From: an uncultured Candidatus Saccharibacteria bacterium
GTDB lineage: Bacteria > Patescibacteriota > Saccharimonadia > Saccharimonadales > UBA7683
DNA length: 64,000 nucleotides
Direction: 5' to 3'
Assembly (NCBI GenBank): GCA_964397855.1
Contig: CAYNKQ010000002.1
Location: 3,884 to 67,883 of the forward strand
Shown here: piece by piece, positions 36,021 through 45,298 of the stretch
How the letters are laid out: every line of letters begins with the position of its first letter
Numbering within the stretch: position 1 is the stretch's first letter
The notes under the pieces: generated by a model
What the model was told of the DNA's origin: nothing
Seen by the model: only the letters and a program-made list of their open reading frames with translations
The model's database searches: none
Made by a program: the position numbers and the translations under genes

Positions 36021-36820
36021 ATGGTACAACTCTCATATGTTACAGTAGGTTTTGTAGAATCTACTGAAAAACTGATCTTCGCACTTCTTCCCGCCAACTT
36101 CACGCATACATATGGCTTAGAAACTACCCCAGCCGTGTTGCTGGAACTTAATTGGGGCTGCATGAAGCCAGCGTTTGCGCCGTCAAGATGAAAAAACTGA
36201 TATCTATCTGTACCATTTGGATTCTGTATTGATCCAAAAGCAAATGGTTTTCCATCATTCTGAATTGAACTTTCAGCTTTTACCCCGTTCTGATATGAAT
36301 ATACACGCCGTTCGGGCGGCTCAGTTAACACACTCTGAAATGGAACTGTACCCCTCGCTACACGGGCCTTGTAGCAGTCCCGAACTGTTTCAAACGTAGA
36401 GGCGGTAGCGCACACCACGCCTGTATTGACGGGTTCACGCAAGGAAACAATTGAATAGAACTCGAATGCGCTATCTCTGAAAAGAATCATTACACCGTTA
36501 ATAACGCAATCTTTAGATCCGCCGGGGACTGTTGTGTTGCCAGGAGTTGCTACTGCTATGAGCGGATATGATCCCGCACCGCCAGTTGCCGTACAAACAA
36601 AATTGTCTAGACGGGCATTCTGGCCCGATGCAGAAGACCCGAACTCAGAAACTATTGAACTTTCAATACCCCTAACAGACTGGGTGAACCGAACATTTCG
36701 TAAGCGAGGTCCAAGACCAACAAGAGCAATCACGGCCATACCAGATGATATGGCCAAGAATAGTGTTACTTCTAGTAGTGTGAAACCTTTTTTGTTCACG
36801 CCCGTTCTCCTTGCACTCAT
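36017..36820 (-). CDS. Prepilin-type minor pilin (FimT/GspH-like size)
   Basis: I place the start at ATG 36820: MSARRTGVNKKG/FTLLEVTLFLAISSGMAVIAL. Confidence 0.7.
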   Translation of the reverse strand: MSARRTGVNKKGFTLLEVTLFLAISSGMAVIALVGLGPRLRNVRFTQSVRGIESSIVSEFGSSASGQNARLDNFVCTATGGAGSYPLIAVATPGNTTVPGGSKDCVINGVMILFRDSAFEFYSIVSLREPVNTGVVCATASTFETVRDCYKARVARGTVPFQSVLTEPPERRVYSYQNGVKAESSIQNDGKPFAFGSIQNPNGTDRYQFFHLDGANAGFMQPQLSSSNTAGVVSKPYVCVKLAGRSAKISFSVDSTKPTVTYESCTI

Positions 36821-36839
36821 TTTAACATAAGCACTACGG

Positions 36840-37655
36840 TTATAGACCACTAATTCGCAGGTACCAGTCGATTAGTTGTTGACCCCAGAGCATCGTCAAG
36901 AACATTGCAGCAAGCAGAAACGGCCCAAACGGAAGCTTCATCTTACGATGATATTTTCCCATGAGATACAAGATACCGATAACCAGCGTCCCCAGATAGG
37001 CTGCCAAAGTTAGCCCAAGTATAGATTTCTGCCAACCAAGAATGATGCCAAGCACAAAGCCTAATCGAACGTCTCCACCACCTATCCATTTACCTCCCGA
37101 AATCTGATAAAGAATATAGAAGAATCCTCCATAACCTATACACCCTAATACCGAACTAAGCAGTACAGCGGCATCACGTGAGTGCACACTAACAAGTGTA
37201 AACAAAATACCGAAACCAGCAAGTGAGTACACAAGGCGATTCGGTAACAACATCCATCTTAAGTCGTATACTGCAAGCGCAACCGCGGTGATAACAATAG
37301 CCAACCAAACACCGAAGACCGACAGCGCCCCAAATCCAGCTAACTCGTATGGCCAAAAAATATACGAAACCACAAATAAAGCAGCACCTACTAATTCAAC
37401 TAGTGGATATTGCCAAGAAATCCTCTTTTTACAATACCTACAATGCCCCTTAAGAAGAAGCCAGCTAAAAACAGGCACGAGATCCAAGCTACTCAAAGTA
37501 TGATGACAGCTAGGGCACATAGATCGACCCTTGAGAATTGAGAAATCTTTGTTCTTTGCATTTTTCTTTTTTGATTGTTCATGTACACGCCAAACGAGCG
37601 CATTAGTAAAACTACCCAGCGCTAGCCCAATGAGCATCAATAAAGCTACATTCAT
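36840..37655 (-). CDS. pilD: Prepilin peptidase / N-methyltransferase (A24 family)
   Basis: 271 aa. CPSCHHTLSSLDLVPVFSWLLLKGHCRYCKKRISWQYPLVEL (Zn-binding CxxC...CxxC). Polytopic, with GGGDVRLG. Confidence 0.9.
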   Translation of the reverse strand: MNVALLMLIGLALGSFTNALVWRVHEQSKKKNAKNKDFSILKGRSMCPSCHHTLSSLDLVPVFSWLLLKGHCRYCKKRISWQYPLVELVGAALFVVSYIFWPYELAGFGALSVFGVWLAIVITAVALAVYDLRWMLLPNRLVYSLAGFGILFTLVSVHSRDAAVLLSSVLGCIGYGGFFYILYQISGGKWIGGGDVRLGFVLGIILGWQKSILGLTLAAYLGTLVIGILYLMGKYHRKMKLPFGPFLLAAMFLTMLWGQQLIDWYLRISGL

Positions 37656-37758
37656 CTCTAAAGCATAACCGTGATTCTTGCATAAATCAACTGCTGAAAC
37701 TAATATCTAAATTCAGGTAAATGTTAGGCAGCTGCATGCATTGACAGGTGGCCGCATT

Positions 37759-37800
37759 CGTAATAAAAAAGTAGCCCAACAGGACTACTCTTTTATTACG
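37759..37800. terminator. Strong hairpin terminator downstream of pilA
   Basis: CGTAATAAAAAAGTAGCCC-aaca-GGACTACTCTTTTATTACG. On the minus strand the stem AGUAGUCC/GGGCUACU is followed by UUUUUU. Confidence 0.75.
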
Positions 37801-37814
37801 AAACTTAGTAATTA

Positions 37815-38303
37815 CTACTTGGTATCTCTACAGGCAACACCCTTTTCAAGGCCAATTTGTACGCTTCTACCAGCAGTACCGTCACAGTTGAGTGTGTCGT
37901 TAAACCTTACGGCGTCTTCCGCAAGGGCGCCGTTCAAGATTGCCGTAGTAGTAGACCCAGCAGCAATGGCGTATGCAGTGTTCTTAGGGCCAAAGAAGGT
38001 ACCTGGAGCTGGAGTACCCTTACAGACGTATTTAGTCAAGAAGTAGCTGAATGTTGGGGCAGCAGCTGACGCATTACAGCCAGCACCAGCAACAGAAGCA
38101 GCTGGGTATGCATTCTTATCGCCATAGTAATTTTCTAGTTCTGCGAGTACACGAGCTGCATCAGAGCGACGCTGCGTGTCTCTTCTATTTACTGAAACTT
38201 GTTGGAACGCCAGGAATGCAAGCAGGAAGATTAGACCTCCAATTGCAAGCACCAAGACTACTTCAATAAGCGTGAAGCCTCTTTGATTACGTTTTATGTT
38301 CAT
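37815..38303 (-). CDS. pilA: Major type IV pilin
   Basis: I place the start at ATG 38303 (SD AAGGGTG 6 nt upstream): MNIKRNQRG/FTLIEVVLVLAIGGLIFLLAFLAFQQV. Has its own consensus promoter and terminator. Confidence 0.9.
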   Translation of the reverse strand: MNIKRNQRGFTLIEVVLVLAIGGLIFLLAFLAFQQVSVNRRDTQRRSDAARVLAELENYYGDKNAYPAASVAGAGCNASAAAPTFSYFLTKYVCKGTPAPGTFFGPKNTAYAIAAGSTTTAILNGALAEDAVRFNDTLNCDGTAGRSVQIGLEKGVACRDTK

Positions 38304-38350
38304 TTTCCGCACCCTTTCTATCTATTTGTTAGCTAATTATGCTAATGGTT

Positions 38351-38378
38351 ATTATATGCTTACTTAACAGATTGTCAA
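38351..38378 (-). promoter_or_regulatory. Consensus sigma-70 promoter for pilA
   Basis: Minus strand TTGACA (rc of 38373-38378), 16 nt spacer, TATAAT (rc of 38351-38356). Confidence 0.7.
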
Positions 38379-38388
38379 CAACTTTTAT

Positions 38389-39600
38389 CTAGCTGGCGAT
38401 GCTTTCGCTGGCCAGACTATAAACTGGTACCAGGATCGCCCCCACTATACCACCGACCACCACAGCCAAAACCACCATCAGAACTGGCTCAATTGTCGTA
38501 CTGATTGTTTTAATTTTATTATCAAGTTCGTCTTCATAATAAGTGGCCGCCTTATCCATCATCTTATCGATTGAACCAGACTGTTCGCCAATTTTTAACA
38601 TCTGAGGCACTAAAGCCAAGAAGACCTCTTCATCTTTGAGGGCAACAGAAAGTCCTTTGCCACCTTTTACTTTTTCGGCTGACCTCGCAATTGCCGACTC
38701 GACATGAATGTTATCAACTGCTTTCGCAGTAATTCTAAGCATTTCAAGCATTGGCACACCGCTCGCCATCAAGGTCTGTCCAGTGCGACAAAAACGTGCC
38801 ATATAGAGCTTTCTAAAAAGGTCTCCGAACAGGGGAATTTTAAGTTTGAGCTTATCTGCAAATACTTGTCCACTTCGCGTCTTAAACCATTTACCACCAA
38901 AAAAGATTGTGGCCACAAACACGATAATCATGAGCCACCAGAAATTAGTAATCAGCTTCGCAAACATAATTAATATGCCGGTCATAAACGGAAGTTCTTT
39001 GTTGAAGTCTTTGTAGATTAGTTCAATCTGCGGGACCACAGTCGTCAGTAGGAATATTACAACACCACCAATAACCAACAAAACAATGACCGGATATACG
39101 AGTGCACCCCTGACCTTGCTTAACATTTCGCTATCTTTTTCTTGTTGATTAGCGATTCGCTCCAACGCCTGGTCAAGAGTTCCGGAACTTTCACCCGCGG
39201 CAACCAACGCGATATATACATCACTGAATACTTTTGGGTGCTTAGCCATTGAATCCGCTAATGAAATACCACCTTCTACTGAGGCCACAACCTGATTTAT
39301 CACGACAGCCAGAGCCTTATTTGATGACTGTTCGGCAACAGTACGCAAGCTCTGTGTAAGAGGAAGGCCTGCATTTACGAGCGTAGACATCTGGCGAGTG
39401 AATATGATCCTGTCTTTGGTTGAGATACGATTTGTAAATCGAGAGAGGAAGTTACCGCCTTCACCTTTAGCATGAATCGAGAGTGGCGTAAGTCCTTGAG
39501 CAATAATCAGCTTGGCAGCCGTACCTTCAGTTTCGGCTTCAACAATACCCTTTGCAAGTTTGCCGGCGCTCGTTTTTGCTGTGTATTGAAAAGTTAACAC
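38389..39600 (-). CDS. pilC: Type IV pilus platform protein PilC (GspF family)
   Basis: I place the start at GTG 39600 (GGGGG 7 nt upstream); the track start 39639 is TTG inside a repeat element. Two GspF repeats and three TM segments. Confidence 0.9.
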   Translation of the reverse strand: MLTFQYTAKTSAGKLAKGIVEAETEGTAAKLIIAQGLTPLSIHAKGEGGNFLSRFTNRISTKDRIIFTRQMSTLVNAGLPLTQSLRTVAEQSSNKALAVVINQVVASVEGGISLADSMAKHPKVFSDVYIALVAAGESSGTLDQALERIANQQEKDSEMLSKVRGALVYPVIVLLVIGGVVIFLLTTVVPQIELIYKDFNKELPFMTGILIMFAKLITNFWWLMIIVFVATIFFGGKWFKTRSGQVFADKLKLKIPLFGDLFRKLYMARFCRTGQTLMASGVPMLEMLRITAKAVDNIHVESAIARSAEKVKGGKGLSVALKDEEVFLALVPQMLKIGEQSGSIDKMMDKAATYYEDELDNKIKTISTTIEPVLMVVLAVVVGGIVGAILVPVYSLASESIAS

Positions 39601-39627
39601 CTGATAACCCCCAAGACAGGAGACAGT

Positions 39628-39690
39628 AGCAAATAGCAAATAGAAGAAGCTTCACCCCTGTTATCTATTTGCTGATATCTATTTGCTGAT
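39628..39690. promoter_or_regulatory. Inverted/tandem GCAAATAG motif cluster between pilT and pilC
   Basis: GCAAATAG x2 (39629-39643), a ~20-nt spacer, then a perfect tandem 14-mer ATCTATTTGCTGAT x2 (39663-39690) that carries the complementary CTATTTGC. Confidence 0.4.
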
Positions 39691-39696
39691 TCCATA

Positions 39697-40767
39697 CTAA
39701 CCTCTCATTAGCCTTTCAAATTCCTCAAGATCAATTGCAAATGTTTTTGCATCGTCATAGGTAATAGTTCCACTGCGAATCAGTGCCACTAATGTTCTAT
39801 CCATGGACTGCATTCCCTTGTCGGCACCAGTTTGGATCACGGCGTCGAGCTGGTGACTCTTACCTTCTCGGATAATATTGCGAACAGCAGGTGTCGCAAC
39901 GAGCACTTCAGCGGCCGCAACTCTACCTCCACCAATAGTCGGCACAAGACGCTGCGAACAAATTGCCATCAATATGTTTGAAAGCTGAGCACGAATCTGT
40001 GGTTGCTGATGGGGAGGAAATACGTCGATCATACGATCAATTGACTGCGCAGCAGAGTTAGTGTGCAGGGTTGCAAACACAAGGTGACCAGTCTCTGCAA
40101 TAGTAATTGCAGCCGAAATTGTTTCAAGATCACGCATTTCTCCAATGAGCACTACATCTGGATCTTGGCGAAGACTCGAACGAAGCGCAGCTGAGAACGA
40201 ATAGGTATCGTAGTGGATTTCACGCTGAACGATGACAGACTTCTTAGACTTATGCGTAAATTCAATTGGATCTTCAATTGTAATAATGTGCTCAGAACGT
40301 TCATCGTTAATTTTGTCTATAAGTGCCGCTAAAGTTGTGGACTTGCCCGAACCAGTTGGTCCAGTTACCAAAACAAGACCTCTTGGGTAGTCAGCAAACC
40401 CATTGACTACTGCTGGCAAGCCTAGTTGCTCAGTAGTCAAAATGTCATTTGGAATAAGTCGAAGTGCGGCAGCGATGTTGCCTCGTTCGTGATATGCGTT
40501 AACACGGAAGCGTCCAAGGTCACCAAAGGCAAAGCTGAAGTCAAATTCTTTATCTTTTAAAAGAACTTGCTTTTGGTCATCATCTAAAATTGAAAACACT
40601 AGATTTTCAACCAGCTCTTCGGTTAGTTCTGGGGTTCCCGCTATCGGGGCAAGCTTGCCGTCAACACGAAGCATCGGCGAAAGCCCAACCTGAAGATGCA
40701 AATCAGAAGCCTTGTTCTTAATAACATGCTCTAGTAACGTCTCTATTCTTAAACTCGCTGCTGCCAT
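39697..40767 (-). CDS. pilT: Type IV pilus retraction ATPase PilT
   Basis: 356 aa. LVTGPTGSGKSTTLAALI, IITIEDPIEF, VVLIGEMRDLETI, TGHLVFATLHTNSAAQSIDR. Confidence 0.92.
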   Translation of the reverse strand: MAAASLRIETLLEHVIKNKASDLHLQVGLSPMLRVDGKLAPIAGTPELTEELVENLVFSILDDDQKQVLLKDKEFDFSFAFGDLGRFRVNAYHERGNIAAALRLIPNDILTTEQLGLPAVVNGFADYPRGLVLVTGPTGSGKSTTLAALIDKINDERSEHIITIEDPIEFTHKSKKSVIVQREIHYDTYSFSAALRSSLRQDPDVVLIGEMRDLETISAAITIAETGHLVFATLHTNSAAQSIDRMIDVFPPHQQPQIRAQLSNILMAICSQRLVPTIGGGRVAAAEVLVATPAVRNIIREGKSHQLDAVIQTGADKGMQSMDRTLVALIRSGTITYDDAKTFAIDLEEFERLMRG

Positions 40768-40785
40768 AGTATTCCCACCTCCTGT

Positions 40786-42609
40786 TTATACGCTCTCCGC
40801 CGCCGTGACACGATTGACTTCTTCGATAGTAGTTAAGCCGCTTAGTGCCTTTAAGTACCCGTCCTCACGCATCGTGACCATCCCTTGCTGCTTCGCTCGT
40901 TCTTGTATTTCACTAGAAGTTGCTCGCTTGAGGATCAAATCCTCAAGATCCGCATTCACATCTAGGACTTCATACAACCCCATTCGTCCCTTAAAACCTC
41001 CGGGAGTCAGCGTTGTATCTTTGCCTCTATATAAAGTATAAGCGGTTTGGGTGCGAAGGGGCAAGTCCCCATAACCAATATCTTTCGAAACAGCTACAAC
41101 ATCCGTTGCTTTTTCTGGCAGAATATCACCTAAGTTCTGATGAATAGACTCAACCTCGGCCTTATCAGCCTGGTAGCTTTCTTTTGTTTCAGAAATTCTA
41201 CGAACCAGACGCTGGCCTATGATTGTATTGACGGTTGACGCAATCAGGAACGGCTCTATACCCATATCGAGTAAACGAGGAAGGACCCCTGCAGCAGAGT
41301 TAGTGTGCAGAGTTGAGAACACTAAGTGACCCGTTAACGCTGCCTGAATAGCTAGGTTAGCTGTTTCTTTGTCTCGAATTTCTCCAACCAGAATAACATT
41401 TGGATCTTGGCGCAGAATCGAACGAAGTCCGGTAGCAAAAGTTAAGCCAACATCTGGGTTAACTTGGATCTGGTTTACGCCGTCCATCTTATATTCAACC
41501 GGATCTTCAAGTGTGACAATGTTGATAGTGTCATCTTTTATTTCCTGAATCAGTGCATAGAGGCTGGTTGACTTACCTGAACCAGTTGGACCAGAGGTCA
41601 AGATCATACCGTTTGGCTTTTCCAGGCCTTTCCGAATTGTTCGAAGCGCGCGGCCTGCGTATCCAAGATCTTCCAGCATAAAGCTGGTGTTTGATTTATC
41701 CAAAATTCGAATGATTACTTGTTCCCCCCAAACTACTGGAGAAATTGCGATACGCAGATCAGCGTTATTCTGCCCTATCCTAACCGTAAATTGGCCGTCT
41801 TGAGGTATGCGGTGTTCGTCTATCTTAAGGTTTGAAAGAATTTTTACACGTGAGATAAGTGCCGGTTCGATGGTTTTAGGCAGTTTCATAATTTCACGTA
41901 ACACACCGTCTATACGGCATCGTATACGAAGTGATGCTTCAAGTGGCTCAATGTGTATATCGGAAGCCCTCGAACGTACGGCATATTCCAAGATAGTACT
42001 AAGTGCTCTACTAATAGGTGAATCTTGAACGATTGTTTTAATCTCTTCGGCAGATTCTTTTTTATTGCTTTTTGTATTTTCGTTATTGAGAATTTCTTGC
42101 AAAGAATCTTCGCCTTCGATATCGCTATCAACAGAGGTAATAGCCTCACTTAAGCCCTTTTGTAAGTCAGTATTGTACTGTTCAAGTACGTGCCTAATAC
42201 CTTCTTCTGAAGCCATGTACACTTTAAGTGGCCGGCCAATCTTATTAGAAAGGAAGTCTACTGCTTGAACGTTATTAGGGTCGAGCATCGCAACAGCAAG
42301 TCGATGCTCCATCTCGCCGAGAGGAACCGCCATAAACCGTTCGGCAATATCGCGCGCCAAAAGATTCAAAATCGACATGTTTACTTTGGAAGCAACCAGG
42401 TTAACGTATGGTATGCCAAGCACTTGCGCGGTAATTTTAGTAAACTGCTCACTGGTAATATGTTTGTTCTGGAGCAGATAGCTCAGGAAAGGTATCTTCT
42501 GAGTAATTGCCTCTTTCTTGAAGTCGACAATTTGAGCATCAGTAAGAAGCTTGCCAGATACAAGCAGGTCCTCAAGTTTTTTCTGATTTTCTTCCGAAAG
42601 AACACTCAC
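40786..42609 (-). CDS. pilB: Type IV pilus assembly ATPase PilB (GspE family)
   Basis: 607 aa. N-terminal GspE_N-like domains, LTSGPTGSGKSTSLYALI, VILVGEIRDKETA, TGHLVFSTLHTNSAAG. GTG start with an upstream AGGGGTGG. Confidence 0.92.
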   Translation of the reverse strand: MSVLSEENQKKLEDLLVSGKLLTDAQIVDFKKEAITQKIPFLSYLLQNKHITSEQFTKITAQVLGIPYVNLVASKVNMSILNLLARDIAERFMAVPLGEMEHRLAVAMLDPNNVQAVDFLSNKIGRPLKVYMASEEGIRHVLEQYNTDLQKGLSEAITSVDSDIEGEDSLQEILNNENTKSNKKESAEEIKTIVQDSPISRALSTILEYAVRSRASDIHIEPLEASLRIRCRIDGVLREIMKLPKTIEPALISRVKILSNLKIDEHRIPQDGQFTVRIGQNNADLRIAISPVVWGEQVIIRILDKSNTSFMLEDLGYAGRALRTIRKGLEKPNGMILTSGPTGSGKSTSLYALIQEIKDDTINIVTLEDPVEYKMDGVNQIQVNPDVGLTFATGLRSILRQDPNVILVGEIRDKETANLAIQAALTGHLVFSTLHTNSAAGVLPRLLDMGIEPFLIASTVNTIIGQRLVRRISETKESYQADKAEVESIHQNLGDILPEKATDVVAVSKDIGYGDLPLRTQTAYTLYRGKDTTLTPGGFKGRMGLYEVLDVNADLEDLILKRATSSEIQERAKQQGMVTMREDGYLKALSGLTTIEEVNRVTAAESV

Positions 42610-42631
42610 GCCACCACCCCTTGAAATTTAA

Positions 42632-42874
42632 TTAGTTGCCGAAAGGCTGATTTGTCGACTGGCCGTCACCATTAATCTCAACTGTTGGGTCAACCGACTT
42701 GTCGTTGAAAACCCGAGAATCTGGTGTTGGAAAGGTTGGAGCTATTGGGGTTACAGATTCAACTTGAACAGGATCATTTTGCGGCTTGCCAATGATTGCG
42801 TTGGCAATAAAGTACGAAAATACACCGGCCATGGCGACGATCAATATTATTGCAGCTATGTCGTTCTTTTTCAT
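42632..42874 (-). CDS. Small single-TM protein in the pilMNO operon (hypothetical)
   Basis: 80 aa. TM IAAIILIVAMAGVFSYFIANAII, then a Pro-rich tail. 4-nt overlap with the upstream gene. Confidence 0.5.
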   Translation of the reverse strand: MKKNDIAAIILIVAMAGVFSYFIANAIIGKPQNDPVQVESVTPIAPTFPTPDSRVFNDKSVDPTVEINGDGQSTNQPFGN

Positions 42875-43500
42875 TGTATTGGACTCCTCAGTACATCAAG
42901 CGAACGACTTGGCTGGTAATACGTAACCGCCTGTAGCGTTAGGGTGATCGCGGCATTTGTTCCAGCATAGGAAACACCGGTCACATTGATTGGCCGAATA
43001 CTCCGCTCAAGGTTCTCGACATATTTACGGACAGAAGCGTAGTCTCCTTTCACTTCAAGTGAAATAGGAATCTCCACAGGTGTTGACGTGCTCGCTGCAT
43101 TCAATGCTGTAGCCGATAGATCTTGGCCGACACTCGTGTCTGAAGTAACGCCCGATATAACAGCAAGCGAATCTATTGAACTTGCAAGAGCGGCATAATC
43201 ATAGGCCGGTGGCAGCGCATGCAAGATTGTCTTTGAATTAGTAGAGGCACTCGCATCAAGGCCAGGAAACTGTTCTGCTAATTTATCGAGGTTGTTTAGA
43301 TTACTTTCTATATCGTTCCGTGCTCGAGTCTTGGCGGAAATGACACGGTCGTTATAACTCTTGCGTTCCCATAAAAACCGAATCGACATGAGACTAAACA
43401 TTACTATGACCGCAGCAGCTGCTACAACAATAAACACAGTTGAACCAGCCTTCTTAACCTGATCCCTGCGACTAACGACTTGCTTCATTTTCTGATTCAT
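42871..43500 (-). CDS. PilO-like pilus alignment protein
   Basis: 209 aa. Single TM, a predicted coiled-coil segment, then a globular C-domain. Assigned mainly from its position after pilM-pilN. Confidence 0.55.
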   Translation of the reverse strand: MNQKMKQVVSRRDQVKKAGSTVFIVVAAAAVIVMFSLMSIRFLWERKSYNDRVISAKTRARNDIESNLNNLDKLAEQFPGLDASASTNSKTILHALPPAYDYAALASSIDSLAVISGVTSDTSVGQDLSATALNAASTSTPVEIPISLEVKGDYASVRKYVENLERSIRPINVTGVSYAGTNAAITLTLQAVTYYQPSRSLDVLRSPIQ

Positions 43501-44198
43501 TGAGCCCCCCTTGCTGAACTTGAATCACCAAATGGTTGGGCGGTAGGAAGCAACAGATCTTCCGAAGAAGCGTTGACCGTTATTTGCTGCTCGGCTATAT
43601 CTTGCGCAAACATAACTGGGTTCAGAGTTAACGTAATTTGAAACGAGACGTTCTTGCCATCTTCTGCTTTGCCGGTCTTGCCAAGACTTGAGAATACCAC
43701 CCCATTAAATGGCTGGATTGTACTTTTAGAATCACCTTGTTTATAGGTAAACTTGGCGCTTTTTAAGTTATTTGCTAAAACATTAGCTCGTTCCAGGCTC
43801 GTAGTCTGCCCTGATAAAGTCAGGGTATTGGCGGCAAGATCAAGTGTAACTCCTGAATACGAAACATCACGAGGTGTAAATTTACCCAAGTAGTCAAATA
43901 AGTTAGAGGTGATCAACTTCTTATTTTGAAGCGCTGGTATTTGTTCCAACACACCTTGAACCGTTACAATTTTTACTGCGTCGCGTTTGCCCTTAAGTTC
44001 TGCTATTCCCGAATCAATATCTTTTTGTAGGTTAGCCCGATGACGCGGTTGCACAACTTGAACGTACGCAAATAAGAATATTAACGCACTCAGTGCCAAG
44101 AGTGTAACCAGAACAGACCCGACAACGAACAGGTGCTTCATTTGCTGCGCACGAAGATACTCACGTTTTACATCTGGCAGTAGGTTAATCTGAATCAT
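43497..44198 (-). CDS. pilN: PilN-like pilus alignment protein
   Basis: 233 aa. N-terminal MIQINLLPDVKREYLR (the INLLP motif that binds PilM), then a TM helix. Confidence 0.7.
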   Translation of the reverse strand: MIQINLLPDVKREYLRAQQMKHLFVVGSVLVTLLALSALIFLFAYVQVVQPRHRANLQKDIDSGIAELKGKRDAVKIVTVQGVLEQIPALQNKKLITSNLFDYLGKFTPRDVSYSGVTLDLAANTLTLSGQTTSLERANVLANNLKSAKFTYKQGDSKSTIQPFNGVVFSSLGKTGKAEDGKNVSFQITLTLNPVMFAQDIAEQQITVNASSEDLLLPTAQPFGDSSSARGAQ

Positions 44199-45247
44199 CG
44201 AGAACTCCTCTGGGCAAGTCCAGCCACCACACCAAACTGATGATTTACAGACGCAAGTTGGTCATGGGCACTGTTACTATAGCTAATATTCTGCCAACTA
44301 TCGCCTGCCTGAACTGGAGCATTGCCAGCAGATGTTGAAAGATACTGATGGAATCCAGGCAGCAGCATTGCCACACCAGTCGTGACTATTCCACTTAGTG
44401 GCGTGCTCTGGTAACGAGTCGAGTAGAACTTGATCGATTTTTGAACTTCAGTCGCAATCACCTCAACGGTACTTAGGAGTGCACGGTAGATCTGGCCTTC
44501 TAATTTAGTCTGGTCAAGACCAAATTTATAGACAAATTGCTTGGCTTGGTTCTCATCTATGTTCAAGTTCTGCATTGCAGCCTTTACGAGTGATTGACCC
44601 CCGGTTGGAATTGAACGAACGAGTCGAGGAGCTCCATTAACGTTAATCACGATATCAGTTGCATACTCGCCCATGTCTATAATCATCTGCGCGCCAACAC
44701 CGTTAATTGGCGTCATGGCTCGCGCAAGGGCCAACGTTTCAGGCTCAAGTGCAATCACATCAAACCCGATAGCTTCGAGCATCTCCATTCGTTGTTCACT
44801 AAACTTATTGCTCACACTCGCAAGGAGAACTTCCATCTTAGCGGGATCAGTTGGAGAATCACCGATAATCGCCGAGTCAATCTTTGCCTCGTCAACGCTC
44901 ATAGGAATGTACTGATCAGCCTGGTATTTAATGGTACTGCTCAGTTCCTGTGGAGTCATTTTGGGTAAATCAACAATTGTCACAAAAGTTTTATTTGAAG
45001 GTAAGCCAACCACCACATTCTTGGTTGTTATACCCACCTCCGCCACTAAGGCTGCTATAACATCACTGATCTTCTTTTGATCTGCCGGTGCATCAGAAAG
45101 AGAAATTTTCACATCTACCGGTGCGGCACCGTAACGCACCAGACTGTGGCCGTTACCAGAATTACGGAGCTGAACAACACGAATTGCTGAGCTTCCGATA
45201 TCAAGTGCGAAATAGTCGCCCACCACGTTAAAAATCGAACTTTTCAT
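44195..45247 (-). CDS. pilM: Type IV pilus assembly protein PilM (actin-like ATPase fold)
   Basis: 350 aa. FALDIGSSAIRVVQL ... MIIDMGEYATDIVI ... SGIVTTGVAMLLPG. Confidence 0.85.
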   Translation of the reverse strand: MKSSIFNVVGDYFALDIGSSAIRVVQLRNSGNGHSLVRYGAAPVDVKISLSDAPADQKKISDVIAALVAEVGITTKNVVVGLPSNKTFVTIVDLPKMTPQELSSTIKYQADQYIPMSVDEAKIDSAIIGDSPTDPAKMEVLLASVSNKFSEQRMEMLEAIGFDVIALEPETLALARAMTPINGVGAQMIIDMGEYATDIVINVNGAPRLVRSIPTGGQSLVKAAMQNLNIDENQAKQFVYKFGLDQTKLEGQIYRALLSTVEVIATEVQKSIKFYSTRYQSTPLSGIVTTGVAMLLPGFHQYLSTSAGNAPVQAGDSWQNISYSNSAHDQLASVNHQFGVVAGLAQRSSR

Positions 45248-45298
45248 ACTTACGTACAGTTTAGCATAAGCATAATACTCTGCAAAGATCTAAATTAC

